A DNA stretch of 64,000 bases, from positions 15,830-79,829 of the forward strand of contig JAJZLJ010000002.1 in the NCBI GenBank assembly GCA_021850625.1, given 5' to 3'. A program made the translations under genes and the position numbers. This DNA comes from Candidatus Micrarchaeota archaeon. Its GTDB lineage: Archaea; Micrarchaeota; Micrarchaeia; Micrarchaeales; CABMGC01. Below the pieces are notes generated by a model that had not been told where the DNA came from, searched no databases, and saw only the letters and a list, made by a program, of their open reading frames with translations. Shown piece by piece: positions 1 through 10,311 of the stretch (position 1 is its first letter; each line of letters starts with the position of its first letter).

Positions 1-1005
1 TAGATTTTTTACGCTTGCGCTCCTTACAAACGTTCCGAGAACAACTCTTCGTTTGGCTTCTGGACCTAAATTTTCTCTTGCATTTGTAAAGAAAGTATTA
101 TACTGTTGTGAAAAGTCATTGTTTTTTAAACCATACTTAAAACCAGTATATTTTGCAAGGTTTGTTGATGCCTCTGCCATGGCAATTATATAGTAAGATG
201 GGATGGCTTTGTCTATAAATGGAAGAGAGCGATGTTCTATAGTATAACCAAGATTTTCAAGTTTTTTTACAAAAAGCAAAAATTCTTTTTCTATTTCTAC
301 ATCAAGCCCAGTTATAAGCTGATCTATTAAAATAATCTTTTTCTTATCTGTATCTGTGCATTTTTTATCTACGCAGGTCGTATCGTGCGAATCAGGCCCT
401 CTTATTTTTTCATATACATATTTTATATCTTCCGATTTTCTTGCCATTATACCTATTTTATCTAAAGAATTAGAATAATCGATAAGTCCGTATCTGGATA
501 TTGAACCGTATGTAGGGGTAAACCCCACAACACCACAGAATGCAGCCGGAGTTGAAATAGAACCTCCAGTAGATTCTGCTATAGCTATATGATATTTTAG
601 AATCGCAGTGGCAGCAGCTGCGCCACTGCTTGAACCACCAGTAACGTATCTTTCATCAAAAGGATTCTTTGCGATGTGTTCAGAGTTTATTCCAAAACTG
701 CCAAAACCAAATTCATCCATATTGGTTTTTCCAAGAAATGAGAACCCGTTGTTCTTCATTCGTTCCACTACGGTTGCATTGAATGGAGGAAAATAACCTT
801 TTAATATCTTTGATGAAGCGGTAGTTTCAACATTTTTTACGCAGATATTATCCTTTACGGAAAAAAGAAATCCGCTACTGATATTTTCTTGCGATATTGT
901 ATTAAAAATATTGAGTTTTTCGTTTAATTTTACAAGTTCACTGTTAAGTTTAATATAATAATCGCCAGGTCTTTGCTTTTTATTAAACTCTTCTATGGAA
1001 TTCAT
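1..1005 (-). CDS. gatA: Asp-tRNA(Asn)/Glu-tRNA(Gln) amidotransferase subunit A (3' end beyond window)
   Basis: Hand translation from ATG 1005 (ATGA overlap with the gatC stop): SVKDNICVK, GKTNMDEFGFGS, GGSSSGAAAA, ESTGGSI = amidase signature; open to the window edge, so absent from the ORF track. Confidence 0.93.
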   Translation of the reverse strand, partial: MNSIEEFNKKQRPGDYYIKLNSELVKLNEKLNIFNTISQENISSGFLFSVKDNICVKNVETTASSKILKGYFPPFNATVVERMKNNGFSFLGKTNMDEFGFGSFGINSEHIAKNPFDERYVTGGSSSGAAAATAILKYHIAIAESTGGSISTPAAFCGVVGFTPTYGSISRYGLIDYSNSLDKIGIMARKSEDIKYVYEKIRGPDSHDTTCVDKKCTDTDKKKIILIDQLITGLDVEIEKEFLLFVKKLENLGYTIEHRSLPFIDKAIPSYYIIAMAEASTNLAKYTGFKYGLKNNDFSQQYNTFFTNARENLGPEAKRRVVLGTFVRSASVKNL

Positions 1006-1274
1006 AGCTCCGGACCCACTACATAAAAACGATACGTTTTTGTATTTTTAAGTATAGCTGGTATATCATCAAATTCTTCAGGTATATCCTCTGCTGTTTT
1101 TTCTGGAATAAGTATTGGATGAAATGCCTCAGTTGTCTCATCGGTTTTTACTGATTTGAGTGAATCGAAGTAGTTTATTATTTCCTCTACATCGTTTTTT
1201 ATTGAAGAGTACTCATTTTCATTAAGCTTTATTCTGCATATTTTTAATAATCGATTAAACTCTTTGTCTTCCAT
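1002..1274 (-). CDS. gatC: Amidotransferase subunit C
   Basis: 90 aa, LLKICRIKL..E...IINYFDSL pattern, translationally coupled to gatA. Confidence 0.88.
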   Translation of the reverse strand: MEDKEFNRLLKICRIKLNENEYSSIKNDVEEIINYFDSLKSVKTDETTEAFHPILIPEKTAEDIPEEFDDIPAILKNTKTYRFYVVGPEL

Positions 1275-1333
1275 ATCAAAATACCTTAAAGAACATTGTT
1301 ATTGTTAAAATTAGAGTAATTTATACTTTTTGT

Positions 1334-2551
1334 TTAGGTGTTTTGAACACGCGTCTTAGATCTACTATTCTTTCTATTATTAGTGGTGAAAAGATCCATA
1401 GACCTTTTTATTGGAATAAGTGTACTTTCCATAAAAGCAGATCGTTCTGGAAAGCTATTGATATCCGAATTGCCATGTTTAATTGTTGAAGAAGCAGTTC
1501 CATTAATTGTAGTTCTATGATATTCTAAATTCAACATACGATTTTTATTGTTTTCAAATGCTTGCATAAATTTTCTAAGATATGCCTCACGTTTATCTGA
1601 ACTTTGAATTATCCCTAGAACATTTGCAGTGTTATTATAATCAAAAGAGTATAAACCAATGCCGTGTATTACTCCAGCATCATCTGCCATTTTATTTATC
1701 TCATACTCTCCTTTGTTAATATGCACAGATGGAATTTGTGAAGATAGTATTACAGGAATAACTTTTGAGATATCTGATATTATTTGTGTATAGTTAGATG
1801 GTATACCTACCGAACCATAACTTAAAAGTATGATTGCTTTGTTTTTTTCAGCTAAAGCAACTAACTGCTCCGTATTCTCGTTTGGAGATAAAACTATTGT
1901 ACCTATATTTGAATCGTAGCGTGTCTCAATAAATGGTTTTAACAGTATAAATTGATTATTTATCGGTGTAATGTATTTTATCTCGTTGTTTTGTATATGT
2001 GCTATTTCTTCTTTTATACTGGAAAAGGTCATATTGCCTTGATTTTCAGTTTCATAAGCCCATTGTCCCGGAATAACCTTTCCATGAAATACAACGAATA
2101 CCCCGCCAATTCCAGCTTTTGCAAAGGTTATTGCATCACTCAAATTTTTAATAGCATCGGTATTTTCCTGTTCTATAGTTTTCATAGAACCTGTTATGAT
2201 TAATGGTTTTTTTAGATATGAAAGCGATATAGCGAGCATTGATGATGTAAAGCTTAATGTATCAGTTCCATGAGTAACTATTATGGCATCTTTTGATTTA
2301 AATAAATTGAATGCTTTCTCTGCTATTTTAAGTTGATCTTCAGCATTTATGTTTGTGCTATCTTTATTTAACAACGGCACTATTTCTATCTTAATTTTAT
2401 GATCTTTCGAGATTAATTCTGAGGAATAGCCTAATTGTTCTCTAAGTATACGATTTATTACGCCTTCTGCCGGTTTTATGCCATTTGAGGAGCTTAAGCT
2501 AGAGATTGTACCTCCCGTAGTTATAATAGCAATTTTTATATGCTGCTCCAT
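1334..2551 (-). CDS. Type I L-asparaginase/GatD-catalytic-domain-like protein
   Basis: TTGGTISS, HGTDT, TGSM motifs; no GatD N-terminal extension. Confidence 0.8.
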   Translation of the reverse strand: MEQHIKIAIITTGGTISSLSSSNGIKPAEGVINRILREQLGYSSELISKDHKIKIEIVPLLNKDSTNINAEDQLKIAEKAFNLFKSKDAIIVTHGTDTLSFTSSMLAISLSYLKKPLIITGSMKTIEQENTDAIKNLSDAITFAKAGIGGVFVVFHGKVIPGQWAYETENQGNMTFSSIKEEIAHIQNNEIKYITPINNQFILLKPFIETRYDSNIGTIVLSPNENTEQLVALAEKNKAIILLSYGSVGIPSNYTQIISDISKVIPVILSSQIPSVHINKGEYEINKMADDAGVIHGIGLYSFDYNNTANVLGIIQSSDKREAYLRKFMQAFENNKNRMLNLEYHRTTINGTASSTIKHGNSDINSFPERSAFMESTLIPIKRSMDLFTTNNRKNSRSKTRVQNT

Positions 2552-2670
2552 CTTAACACTATATTAAACCGGTAAAACAGTAAATAAGTAAATACATATG
2601 CTCGTTTAGATTATTATAGTTTACTTACATATGCAGATATTCAATAATAGGCAAGGAAATAAGTTATGCT

Positions 2671-3246
2671 CTAAAGTGCTGGCTTCAATCTTTCTGAGAA
2701 GAACAATAACTCGGTTCCGGTACGCTCTATCTGCATTCTTGCAACATCCTGTTTTTTCCTAAAGTCAGGAACTATAGAGTTTGCAAAGCGCAATGGAACG
2801 GTTGAGTCATATATTTCAAGCATTAATTTATAATATGCTTCGGTATTTTGTATATTTTCCTTTCTTAACTGGTCAAATGCTTGGCGTTTAAGCTCACCTA
2901 CAGAATCGAGAAGACCGAGCAGATAACTTATCTCATCAGTCTTTAGCTCATTTCTAGATGGTATCCTATTGTTAAGCACCATTTCATACACAGAGCATGC
3001 TTCAACATACTCTTGATGAGCCTGCATAGTATTATATTCAAAGCCTATCTCTATCTTTTTTAAAGAGGTATTCATCTTTTTAAGCCCAATTATTAATTTT
3101 TGCGCAGAAGCGTTATCGTTCGCGTGGACCATTGTTATGATACGCCCAGATTGTCTAATTATCTCGCGAGATAAATCCATAATTTTATCTTTTCTTTTAT
3201 GAAGTGAAATTAACTTTTTTTCTATAGCTTTTATATCTTTAATCAT
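2671..3246 (-). CDS. Translin/TRAX (C3PO) family RNase
   Basis: QEYVEA and YLLGLLDSVGELKR motifs; start moved to ATG 3246 (GGTG SD, next to the ogg stop). Confidence 0.82.
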   Translation of the reverse strand: MIKDIKAIEKKLISLHKRKDKIMDLSREIIRQSGRIITMVHANDNASAQKLIIGLKKMNTSLKKIEIGFEYNTMQAHQEYVEACSVYEMVLNNRIPSRNELKTDEISYLLGLLDSVGELKRQAFDQLRKENIQNTEAYYKLMLEIYDSTVPLRFANSIVPDFRKKQDVARMQIERTGTELLFFSERLKPAL

Positions 3247-3248
3247 TT

Positions 3249-4175
3249 TTACACCGTTTGAGTAGTTTCTTCTAGACGAAGAGCTGTTCGTCCATACCAA
3301 TATAGATATTGTTGAGCATATCCTGCCAAATTGCCCCATCGATTATTTGCAAAATCATGAATCTGTTGTATGCTTTTCTTCTTGTTTTTCATATATACCT
3401 TTTCTATTATTCGCTTTACCCATACATCTATTGGAAAGGATTGTAAATGACCATATCCAAAAAGAAGAATACAATCAGCAACCTTATCTCCCACACCATC
3501 AAGCTTGAGAAGCTCATTCTTTGCTTCGTCATAATCTAGCCTATTTATATGATCGAATGAGAATCCATTTTTTATTTCGTTAGAAACACTTTTTATATAT
3601 TTTGCCCTAAAACCAGTGCCACAGGACATAAGTTCTGGTATTGTAGCTTTTGAGATTCTTTCTGCACTTGGAAATAACATAACTTTCTTACCATCTATAT
3701 AGTATGGTTCGCCGTAGCGTTCTAGAAGATTTTTCATGATTAAACGTATTCGCTTTATATTGTTGAATTGTGATATTATAAAACATAGAGTAGTTTCCCA
3801 TGGCTCGTTTTTTGTTATGCGCATTCCATAATAATTTTTTATTGCGTTGTCAATAAATATATCTGTGTTTATGTTTGAGTATACTTTTTTTATCTCAACA
3901 TTTATACCTAGACGATTAAGAAGCTCCTTTTTTGCCGTATTAGAGGTGTATTCTCCGAAATAATCAAACTTTAGAATGTTATCTCCTGATTTTCTGCTTA
4001 AAAGTATAACTCCCTTTTCAGTTGTGTATCGAAGTATTTCCCACTCATTTCTACACATATAATCAGAATAAAAAGAAAGAGGTTGACCACTCTCAATAGT
4101 ATCTTTAATGTTAAGATTTGATGCATCTATTTTTATAGGCTTTCGTAAAGATTCAAATGTATTTTGAAGATATAT
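3249..4175 (-). CDS. ogg: 8-oxoguanine DNA glycosylase (OGG1-like, HhH-GPD)
   Basis: IISQFNNIKRI, GFRAKYI, LDGVGDKVADC, FPIDVWV; frame open upstream through the conserved DTIESGQ to an ATA 5 nt after GGTG. Confidence 0.88.
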   Translation of the reverse strand: MYLQNTFESLRKPIKIDASNLNIKDTIESGQPLSFYSDYMCRNEWEILRYTTEKGVILLSRKSGDNILKFDYFGEYTSNTAKKELLNRLGINVEIKKVYSNINTDIFIDNAIKNYYGMRITKNEPWETTLCFIISQFNNIKRIRLIMKNLLERYGEPYYIDGKKVMLFPSAERISKATIPELMSCGTGFRAKYIKSVSNEIKNGFSFDHINRLDYDEAKNELLKLDGVGDKVADCILLFGYGHLQSFPIDVWVKRIIEKVYMKNKKKSIQQIHDFANNRWGNLAGYAQQYLYWYGRTALRLEETTQTV

Positions 4176-4202
4176 ACAAACACCACATATTTAACAGTAA
4201 TA

Positions 4203-5681
4203 TCATACTATATTAGATATATCTTTGCGTATCTGTTCGGTAGTGTCTCTGCTCCTTATTGTAACGGTATTGTTATTTAATGTATCATAATCGCAGGTTA
4301 TTGCATAAGGCACTCCTATCTCATCTGAACGCGCATATCTTTTTCCTATACTACCAGTAGAAGACATATATGCCGAGATTCCCTTCCCTTTCAAAAGTTC
4401 CAACACCTCTGCAGCCTTCTTTTCTAAATCAGCATCCTTTTGCAGTGGAAAAACCGCATATTTATATGGAGCAAGTTGCTCTGTTAGCTTTAACCATTCC
4501 CATCCCCTTTCCTTTCCTTCTTGAACAGAGTTATCAAGTATTGAAAACAAAAGCCTGTCCAAACCTATACTTGCTTCGACAACATGTGGAACAAGTTTCT
4601 TTCCATTTGACATTACCGAAATTTCCTTCCCTGATGTCTTTGCGTGTTGTGACAGATCAAAATCAGTCCTATATGCTATTCCTGAGACTTCAAGGTTGCC
4701 ATGAATAGTTCTTATTTCTAAATCGACGTTTCCTTTTGAATAATGAGGCAGCTCTTCTTTGTTTATCTGCCTAAATACATATAAACTTTTATCAGATATG
4801 CCAAGCTTTTCCAACATCTTAAACTCAAGATATATACACATTGCAAAAAGTCTGTTTGGTATGTATTTCTTTTCAAGAAGCTCTTTTAAACTGTATAATC
4901 TCTCCTCTCCATCAGATGGGCCGAAATTTACCTCTAGTTTAAGCATAGGTTCTATTTCAACTCCATTGAAGGTAGTTTGCTCTGCTTGAGGATCAAAAAA
5001 TATCTCGGTTTCCATTTGAGTGAATTCACGCACTCTAACGAGCTGGTTTCTTGGAGATATCTCATTTCTATAAGCCTTTCCTATTTGGGCTATAGCAGAA
5101 GGAAGTTTAATGCCAAATATTTTAGAGAGGTCCTTAAAATCAACAAATATTCCTTGCGCAGTTTCTGGTCGCAAATATCCTACATTTTCTTTTTCTTGTC
5201 CTATTTGAAATTTAAACATGAGATGAAAATCCTCTATATTTGAAAGCTCACCGCCACATTTTTGGCACTTTAGTCCATTTTCTATAATCTTCTTCTGCAT
5301 TCCTTCTTTATTAAGTTTTTTTAACTCTATAAGCGCTTCTTTATCGTTTGAGGTTTCATAGAACTCCTCAAGCATTTTATCTACACGATAGGATGTGCCA
5401 CACTTTTTGCATTTTGCTATAGGATCAGTAAAGGTAGCCACATGACCGCTCGCCATAAGAACAATTTCAGGTGTTATGGTGGTCGTATCTATTTCAAGCG
5501 AGCCCAACTGCTCTACAAAAATATCTCTCCAGATATTTTCTATATTGCGTTTTATCTTAAGCCCTATAGGACCATAATTGTAAAATCCGCTTACACCCGA
5601 ATAGATATTAAAGGCTTGATAGTATATTCCTCTATGTTCTATTATGGATGACGCTCGACTTTGTTTTTCTGTTTTTTGCAT
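4203..5681 (-). CDS. glyS: Glycyl-tRNA synthetase (alpha2 type)
   Basis: ASGHVATFTDP, YLRPETAQGIF, RNEISPR, REFTQME, anticodon domain IGKRYARSDEIG; start at ATG 5681 after GGTG. Confidence 0.97.
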   Translation of the reverse strand: MQKTEKQSRASSIIEHRGIYYQAFNIYSGVSGFYNYGPIGLKIKRNIENIWRDIFVEQLGSLEIDTTTITPEIVLMASGHVATFTDPIAKCKKCGTSYRVDKMLEEFYETSNDKEALIELKKLNKEGMQKKIIENGLKCQKCGGELSNIEDFHLMFKFQIGQEKENVGYLRPETAQGIFVDFKDLSKIFGIKLPSAIAQIGKAYRNEISPRNQLVRVREFTQMETEIFFDPQAEQTTFNGVEIEPMLKLEVNFGPSDGEERLYSLKELLEKKYIPNRLFAMCIYLEFKMLEKLGISDKSLYVFRQINKEELPHYSKGNVDLEIRTIHGNLEVSGIAYRTDFDLSQHAKTSGKEISVMSNGKKLVPHVVEASIGLDRLLFSILDNSVQEGKERGWEWLKLTEQLAPYKYAVFPLQKDADLEKKAAEVLELLKGKGISAYMSSTGSIGKRYARSDEIGVPYAITCDYDTLNNNTVTIRSRDTTEQIRKDISNIV

Positions 5682-5796
5682 TGTATTCACCAAATTATGT
5701 AAAGTAAGTAAATATGATATAGTAAGTATATGATTAACAAAGATATAAATTGTTTCTTGAATATATGTTATAGAGTATTAAGCAGTGGTGAGTTAT

Positions 5797-6759
5797 TTGT
5801 CTGAAAATAATAAAAATAATAATTTTAGAAAAAATAGATTTAACAATAAAAGAAATGATCATCATGGAAAATGGATGAGTAATAATAAAAATAAAGGTAA
5901 TATAAGAGAACATAGTTTTAATGAAAGAAATGACGATGCTAGAAGAGCAAGATTTATGAGAAAGGCTCGTGGGGATGTGATAACTGCATACAAAGCAACT
6001 GCATTGGATCACTCTATAATAGAGGCTATAAAGGCATATAATGAGCTTGAAAAGGTAAGAAATATTGTTTATGAAAGACTTGAGGAGTGGTATAGCGCAT
6101 ATTTTCCAAATGTAAAGATGGGAAATCATGAAACCTACGCCAGAATAATAACAAGCGTGAAAAACAAGGAAATAGATGAAACAGTTTTGAAAGGGATAGT
6201 AGGAGATGACATCTCACATATAACAAATGGGATAAACTCTTCTCAGGGTTTTTCTGAGATTGATGAAGAAGAGTATAAAACGCTTAAGAAACTAGCTGAA
6301 GAAGAGCTTTCGATAATAAAGCTCCAAGAGATACTTGAGAAATTTCTTGAAGTGCAGACTAAAAAATTAATACCTAACATAGTATATCTTATAGATTATA
6401 AAATTGCGGCAGAGATGCTGAGCATGGCAGGATCTATAGAGCATCTTGCAGTTATGCCAGCAAGCACCATTCAACTTCTTGGAGCTGAAAAAGCCCTGTT
6501 TAAGCATATGAAGTTTGGCTCACGACCGCCAAAGTATGGATATCTTTTCAAACTGCCGGAGCTTGCGAATATGGATAAGAAAGAGAAGGGAAGGATGGCT
6601 CGTGTGTACGCCACAAAGATAAGCATAGCTGCTAGAGCTGATTTTTACACTAAGAGATTCATAGCTGATACACTAAAAGAACAGATAAATAGTATTATGA
6701 AAAGAAAGCCGCATACTCAGAAAAATAACCATAATGAAGATACTTTTTCTCAAGATTGA
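5797..6759 (+). CDS. nop5: Nop5 (Nop56/58) box C/D sRNP core protein
   Basis: ERLEEWYSAYFP, PASTIQLLGAEKALFKH, PPKYG, ISIAARAD; likely TTG start 5797 after GGTG. Confidence 0.93.
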   Translation: MSENNKNNNFRKNRFNNKRNDHHGKWMSNNKNKGNIREHSFNERNDDARRARFMRKARGDVITAYKATALDHSIIEAIKAYNELEKVRNIVYERLEEWYSAYFPNVKMGNHETYARIITSVKNKEIDETVLKGIVGDDISHITNGINSSQGFSEIDEEEYKTLKKLAEEELSIIKLQEILEKFLEVQTKKLIPNIVYLIDYKIAAEMLSMAGSIEHLAVMPASTIQLLGAEKALFKHMKFGSRPPKYGYLFKLPELANMDKKEKGRMARVYATKISIAARADFYTKRFIADTLKEQINSIMKRKPHTQKNNHNEDTFSQD

Positions 6760-6824
6760 ATTGGTAAAAAATTCCAATAAAGTAAGTAAAACGTTTTATA
6801 CAACGTATAGAAGGATTTAATATT

Positions 6825-7322
6825 TTACCAAGGAACCTCTTTTAATTTTGCTTTATGTGCAACCTTATTTGTAAATTTATGCAAAACTCCAGTTAGTATG
6901 AATATGAAAATTAAACCATATATGCTAGGAAGATTACCTAAGGGAAGCGCAAATAAAAGCGCAAATATAAGAAACAGATATTGATCCATAAGAAATATGT
7001 CCTTTCCTTCTTTATGGCCCATCTGCCTCTTTATAAAACTGCCAAACATATCTCCAAACAAAGTTCCAAAACTTAATACTATGCCTATTACAAACATAAA
7101 TGGCAGCGCAAGAGAAAATAAAGCGCCTATTAAGGTACCTGAAAGCATTCCGAACACGAAACCACGTATGGTTTTATGCTTACCGAGTATAGGCTTACCA
7201 CGAAACTTCTTGCCTAAATCTATTGGCAATCCTCCGCCAAATATTACTGGTGCTCCATTAGCAACGTAAGCAGGGAAGATATAAATTAATGGATAAAGTA
7301 TTATTGTCCAAAGATAATCCAA
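6825..7322 (-). CDS. carS: CDP-archaeol synthase
   Basis: PAYVANGAPV, PIDLGK, LGKHKTIRG, GDMFGSFIKRQ, DQ motifs. Confidence 0.93.
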   Translation of the reverse strand: MDYLWTIILYPLIYIFPAYVANGAPVIFGGGLPIDLGKKFRGKPILGKHKTIRGFVFGMLSGTLIGALFSLALPFMFVIGIVLSFGTLFGDMFGSFIKRQMGHKEGKDIFLMDQYLFLIFALLFALPLGNLPSIYGLIFIFILTGVLHKFTNKVAHKAKLKEVPW

Positions 7323-7554
7323 TAAATCACAGCGATAATTGTAAAGATAAAGAGAACAATTATTAATACATTCTTATCCGAAAAAGTATATAAGAATTTG
7401 GTATTTTTTATTTGTTAATTTTGCCTTTTGATTTTTTCTTTTTAATATTTAGCTCTTTTTGCTTTTATTGTAATTTATGTTGTAATTTATTTTGTCAATT
7501 TTTTATTTGACGTAGATATATTCAACAGATTATTTTATTATCTAAAAACTCTTT

Positions 7555-10239
7555 TTATTTGCTTATTATACCTTCTGCGCTTTCCCTTGAGCCACCGCCT
7601 TTGAATGCAGATCCTATGCTTTTCTTAGCGAACTCCAAAGCTCCGTACTCTGCGTTAGGACCTGCGATACAAACTACCTCTCCTTGTTTGTTCTTTGCAA
7701 GTAATGTAAGAGATGGACGTTCAATAATTATTTTTGAGATAGCCTTTCTGAGTATCTCTCTGCTTCCTTCTTGTTCAATCACAGCGGTGCTTTCTGATGA
7801 ATCTATGTCAGTTAGAAGCTGTTTTGCTATGACATTGGCAAGCTCTTCGTCCTTATCTTTCGATGACTTAAGTAGCAAAGAATAATCGCTTCGCATCTTC
7901 TCTATCTTAAGATAAACGCTTTCAAGATCCGAATTAAGTAATGTAGCAGCACTGCTTAGCTCGTTGTGTTCATTTTGCATGTACTCAAGAGCAGCTTTAC
8001 CTGCAACAAATTCTATTCTATCTACGCCGTCGTGAATTCTCGAAGTGTTTATAATCTTTATCATTCCTATTGAGCTTTCGTAAGAAGCAACATGAAGCCC
8101 TCCGCATGCCTCAGCGTCTATAAGCTTGCCATGTTTATCTTTGATTATTATTATACGCATGAGCTTTGCAGGAACTCCATGACCCTGATATATTGTAAAA
8201 CCATAATTTTGCTCAGCATCTGCACGGCTCATCTCCTTTACCTCGACTGATATTCCATTGAACAAAATCAAATTTGCTAGATCCTCTATAGCCTTTACCT
8301 CTTCTAGCGTTAATTTTTCATAATGGGCTATATCTATATGCGCCTTATCTTCATCCTTTCGTGCACCTTCCTGCCATGCGTGCTTGCCTAGTATTGTCCT
8401 TGCAGATGCACTTATTATGTGTGTTGCGGTATGATGTGCCATTAATTTTTTTCTTCTTTCCATATTGACTTTGCAACTTACTGTTTTTCCTTTTGAAATT
8501 GAAGAATCTGGAAGTTTTTTGAGTATGTGGACTACTACAGAACCTACCTTCTGAACGTCTTCAACATCAAAACCACTTATAGTACCATTATCTGCAGCTT
8601 GACCACCACCCTCTGGATAAAAAGGAGTTTTGTCTAGGACAACATATTTGTCCTTTGAGTATAAAACCTTTGAGTCTGACTCTGATTTGAAATTATAATA
8701 CAACTGTTCAGTTTTAGGCAGCTCCTCATTAAAGTCCAATTTAAGTTTTTTTGTTTTTTCCTTTCCAGCAAAATCTCCCTTTATTATATCTTCATATGCA
8801 TTATCTGGAAGCTCTATTTCTTTGTCTTCCGCTTTTGCTATAGACTTGATTAATTCTGGAGTTACTCCATTGCTTTCATACAATGTGCGCAGCTCGTCCT
8901 TACTTATACTTGATTTCTTTGAAAGTATGTTTGTTATAAGTTTTCCAGCATTATTTATTGATGACTCGTATCTTTTTGCTTCTACATCTATTATTTTTGA
9001 AAGTATATCTAAATTATTCTCTAACTCTGGATACAATCCTTTAAGTTCAGTTGCCTGCTTTTCTGCAATCTCCATTATACTTATGTCCATCTCATACTCT
9101 TTTATAAATGCAAGAGCCCTTCGTAAGATTACTCTTAGGTTATATCCTCCTCCTATGTTTGATGGAAGTGCTCCGTCAGACACTCCGAAAAGCAAGGTTC
9201 TTGTGTGATCAAGCGTTGCATAAAATGCCTGCATCGGTTTTATTACGCGCGTGTACTCATCTGTAGAAAGCCCGGCCTTTTTAAGTATTTGAGTTTCAAG
9301 CTTTTTGTATTGTGTTGTTTCTGTAACATCTAATTCGCTTGCGTATTTTGCAAATTTTTTAAAGATTTGACTGTTCATTTCAAATGGCAATGCCTTCTTA
9401 GTGCTTTTTATTATGTCATGAAACACAGCGTCATAAATGTTATCAAAGCCTGTATAAAACCACAATAACCTTTCAAAACCCCAGCCCACATCCACTACCT
9501 GTCCTTTGAGCTCCTTTATTTCACCATTAATGCTTTCGAATTGCGTAAATACATTGTTTACAAGCTCAAGACCATTTGAAAAACCTTCTAAACATGGACC
9601 GAACTCGGAGAAATCACCCATTGCCCAGACATCCTCATTATAAACTAGTTTATCTTTTTTAACGCCAAGCACATCTATTAAAAATTTATAATCAAGTTCC
9701 ATTGTTCTATCTCTCCAATAACCTTCTTTAGGATAATTGAAGGCATGTTGACCTGCCATCATAAAACTAGTTAAATGTCTACCTGTCACTCCTACATTTT
9801 CTATATCTCCAAAACGCAGACATATTTGCGGCACTATAAGTGGATTTGCATTATACTCAAAATGCATTGCTCCGTTCTCTATTCTTTGGAAGTCTTGTAT
9901 ACTTGCTATTGTAAAATAAAGGTCTTGACGCCACCTACTCACTACTGGATAACGTTTTATATATGCATGACCATTCTCTTCGAAAAACTTAGAAAATTTA
10001 CGCCACATTTCTACATAGGATATTGGCGTAGGTTTTTCTTTAAAGAATGAGTACTCAGTGTGTTCAGGATCTTCACAGGTATCTCTTTCTGAAATACTCC
10101 AGAAATTTTTGCCGCAAATTTTACAAGTATATCTATTAAATCCCTCTTTTTCAAAGATTTTTGTTGAATAGTAAAGTTTGGGATTTTTTGAAAATTCAGT
10201 TCTTAATTCTTTCTTATCGAGTTTTATTCCATCAAGCAC
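7555..10239 (-). CDS. alaS: Alanyl-tRNA synthetase (archaeal type)
   Basis: YPVVSRWR, ASIQDFQ, VDVGWGFER, DHTRT, HHTATH and EACGGLH editing motifs, GGG C-terminus; GTG start after GGTG. Confidence 0.97.
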   Translation of the reverse strand: MLDGIKLDKKELRTEFSKNPKLYYSTKIFEKEGFNRYTCKICGKNFWSISERDTCEDPEHTEYSFFKEKPTPISYVEMWRKFSKFFEENGHAYIKRYPVVSRWRQDLYFTIASIQDFQRIENGAMHFEYNANPLIVPQICLRFGDIENVGVTGRHLTSFMMAGQHAFNYPKEGYWRDRTMELDYKFLIDVLGVKKDKLVYNEDVWAMGDFSEFGPCLEGFSNGLELVNNVFTQFESINGEIKELKGQVVDVGWGFERLLWFYTGFDNIYDAVFHDIIKSTKKALPFEMNSQIFKKFAKYASELDVTETTQYKKLETQILKKAGLSTDEYTRVIKPMQAFYATLDHTRTLLFGVSDGALPSNIGGGYNLRVILRRALAFIKEYEMDISIMEIAEKQATELKGLYPELENNLDILSKIIDVEAKRYESSINNAGKLITNILSKKSSISKDELRTLYESNGVTPELIKSIAKAEDKEIELPDNAYEDIIKGDFAGKEKTKKLKLDFNEELPKTEQLYYNFKSESDSKVLYSKDKYVVLDKTPFYPEGGGQAADNGTISGFDVEDVQKVGSVVVHILKKLPDSSISKGKTVSCKVNMERRKKLMAHHTATHIISASARTILGKHAWQEGARKDEDKAHIDIAHYEKLTLEEVKAIEDLANLILFNGISVEVKEMSRADAEQNYGFTIYQGHGVPAKLMRIIIIKDKHGKLIDAEACGGLHVASYESSIGMIKIINTSRIHDGVDRIEFVAGKAALEYMQNEHNELSSAATLLNSDLESVYLKIEKMRSDYSLLLKSSKDKDEELANVIAKQLLTDIDSSESTAVIEQEGSREILRKAISKIIIERPSLTLLAKNKQGEVVCIAGPNAEYGALEFAKKSIGSAFKGGGSRESAEGIISK

Positions 10240-10311
10240 AACAACACCAATAATAAAATACATATATTATAAAACAGTATAATTATTAATTATACAATAT
10301 AGTTTTATTTG

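Noticed and set aside
1334-2551. Calling this gene gatD
   Set aside because: Lacks the GatD N-terminal domain and no gatE is adjacent
608-9208. Small antisense ORFs within gatA, glyS, nop5, carS and alaS (and similar ones across the window)
   Set aside because: Fully overlap well-supported genes and show no motifs
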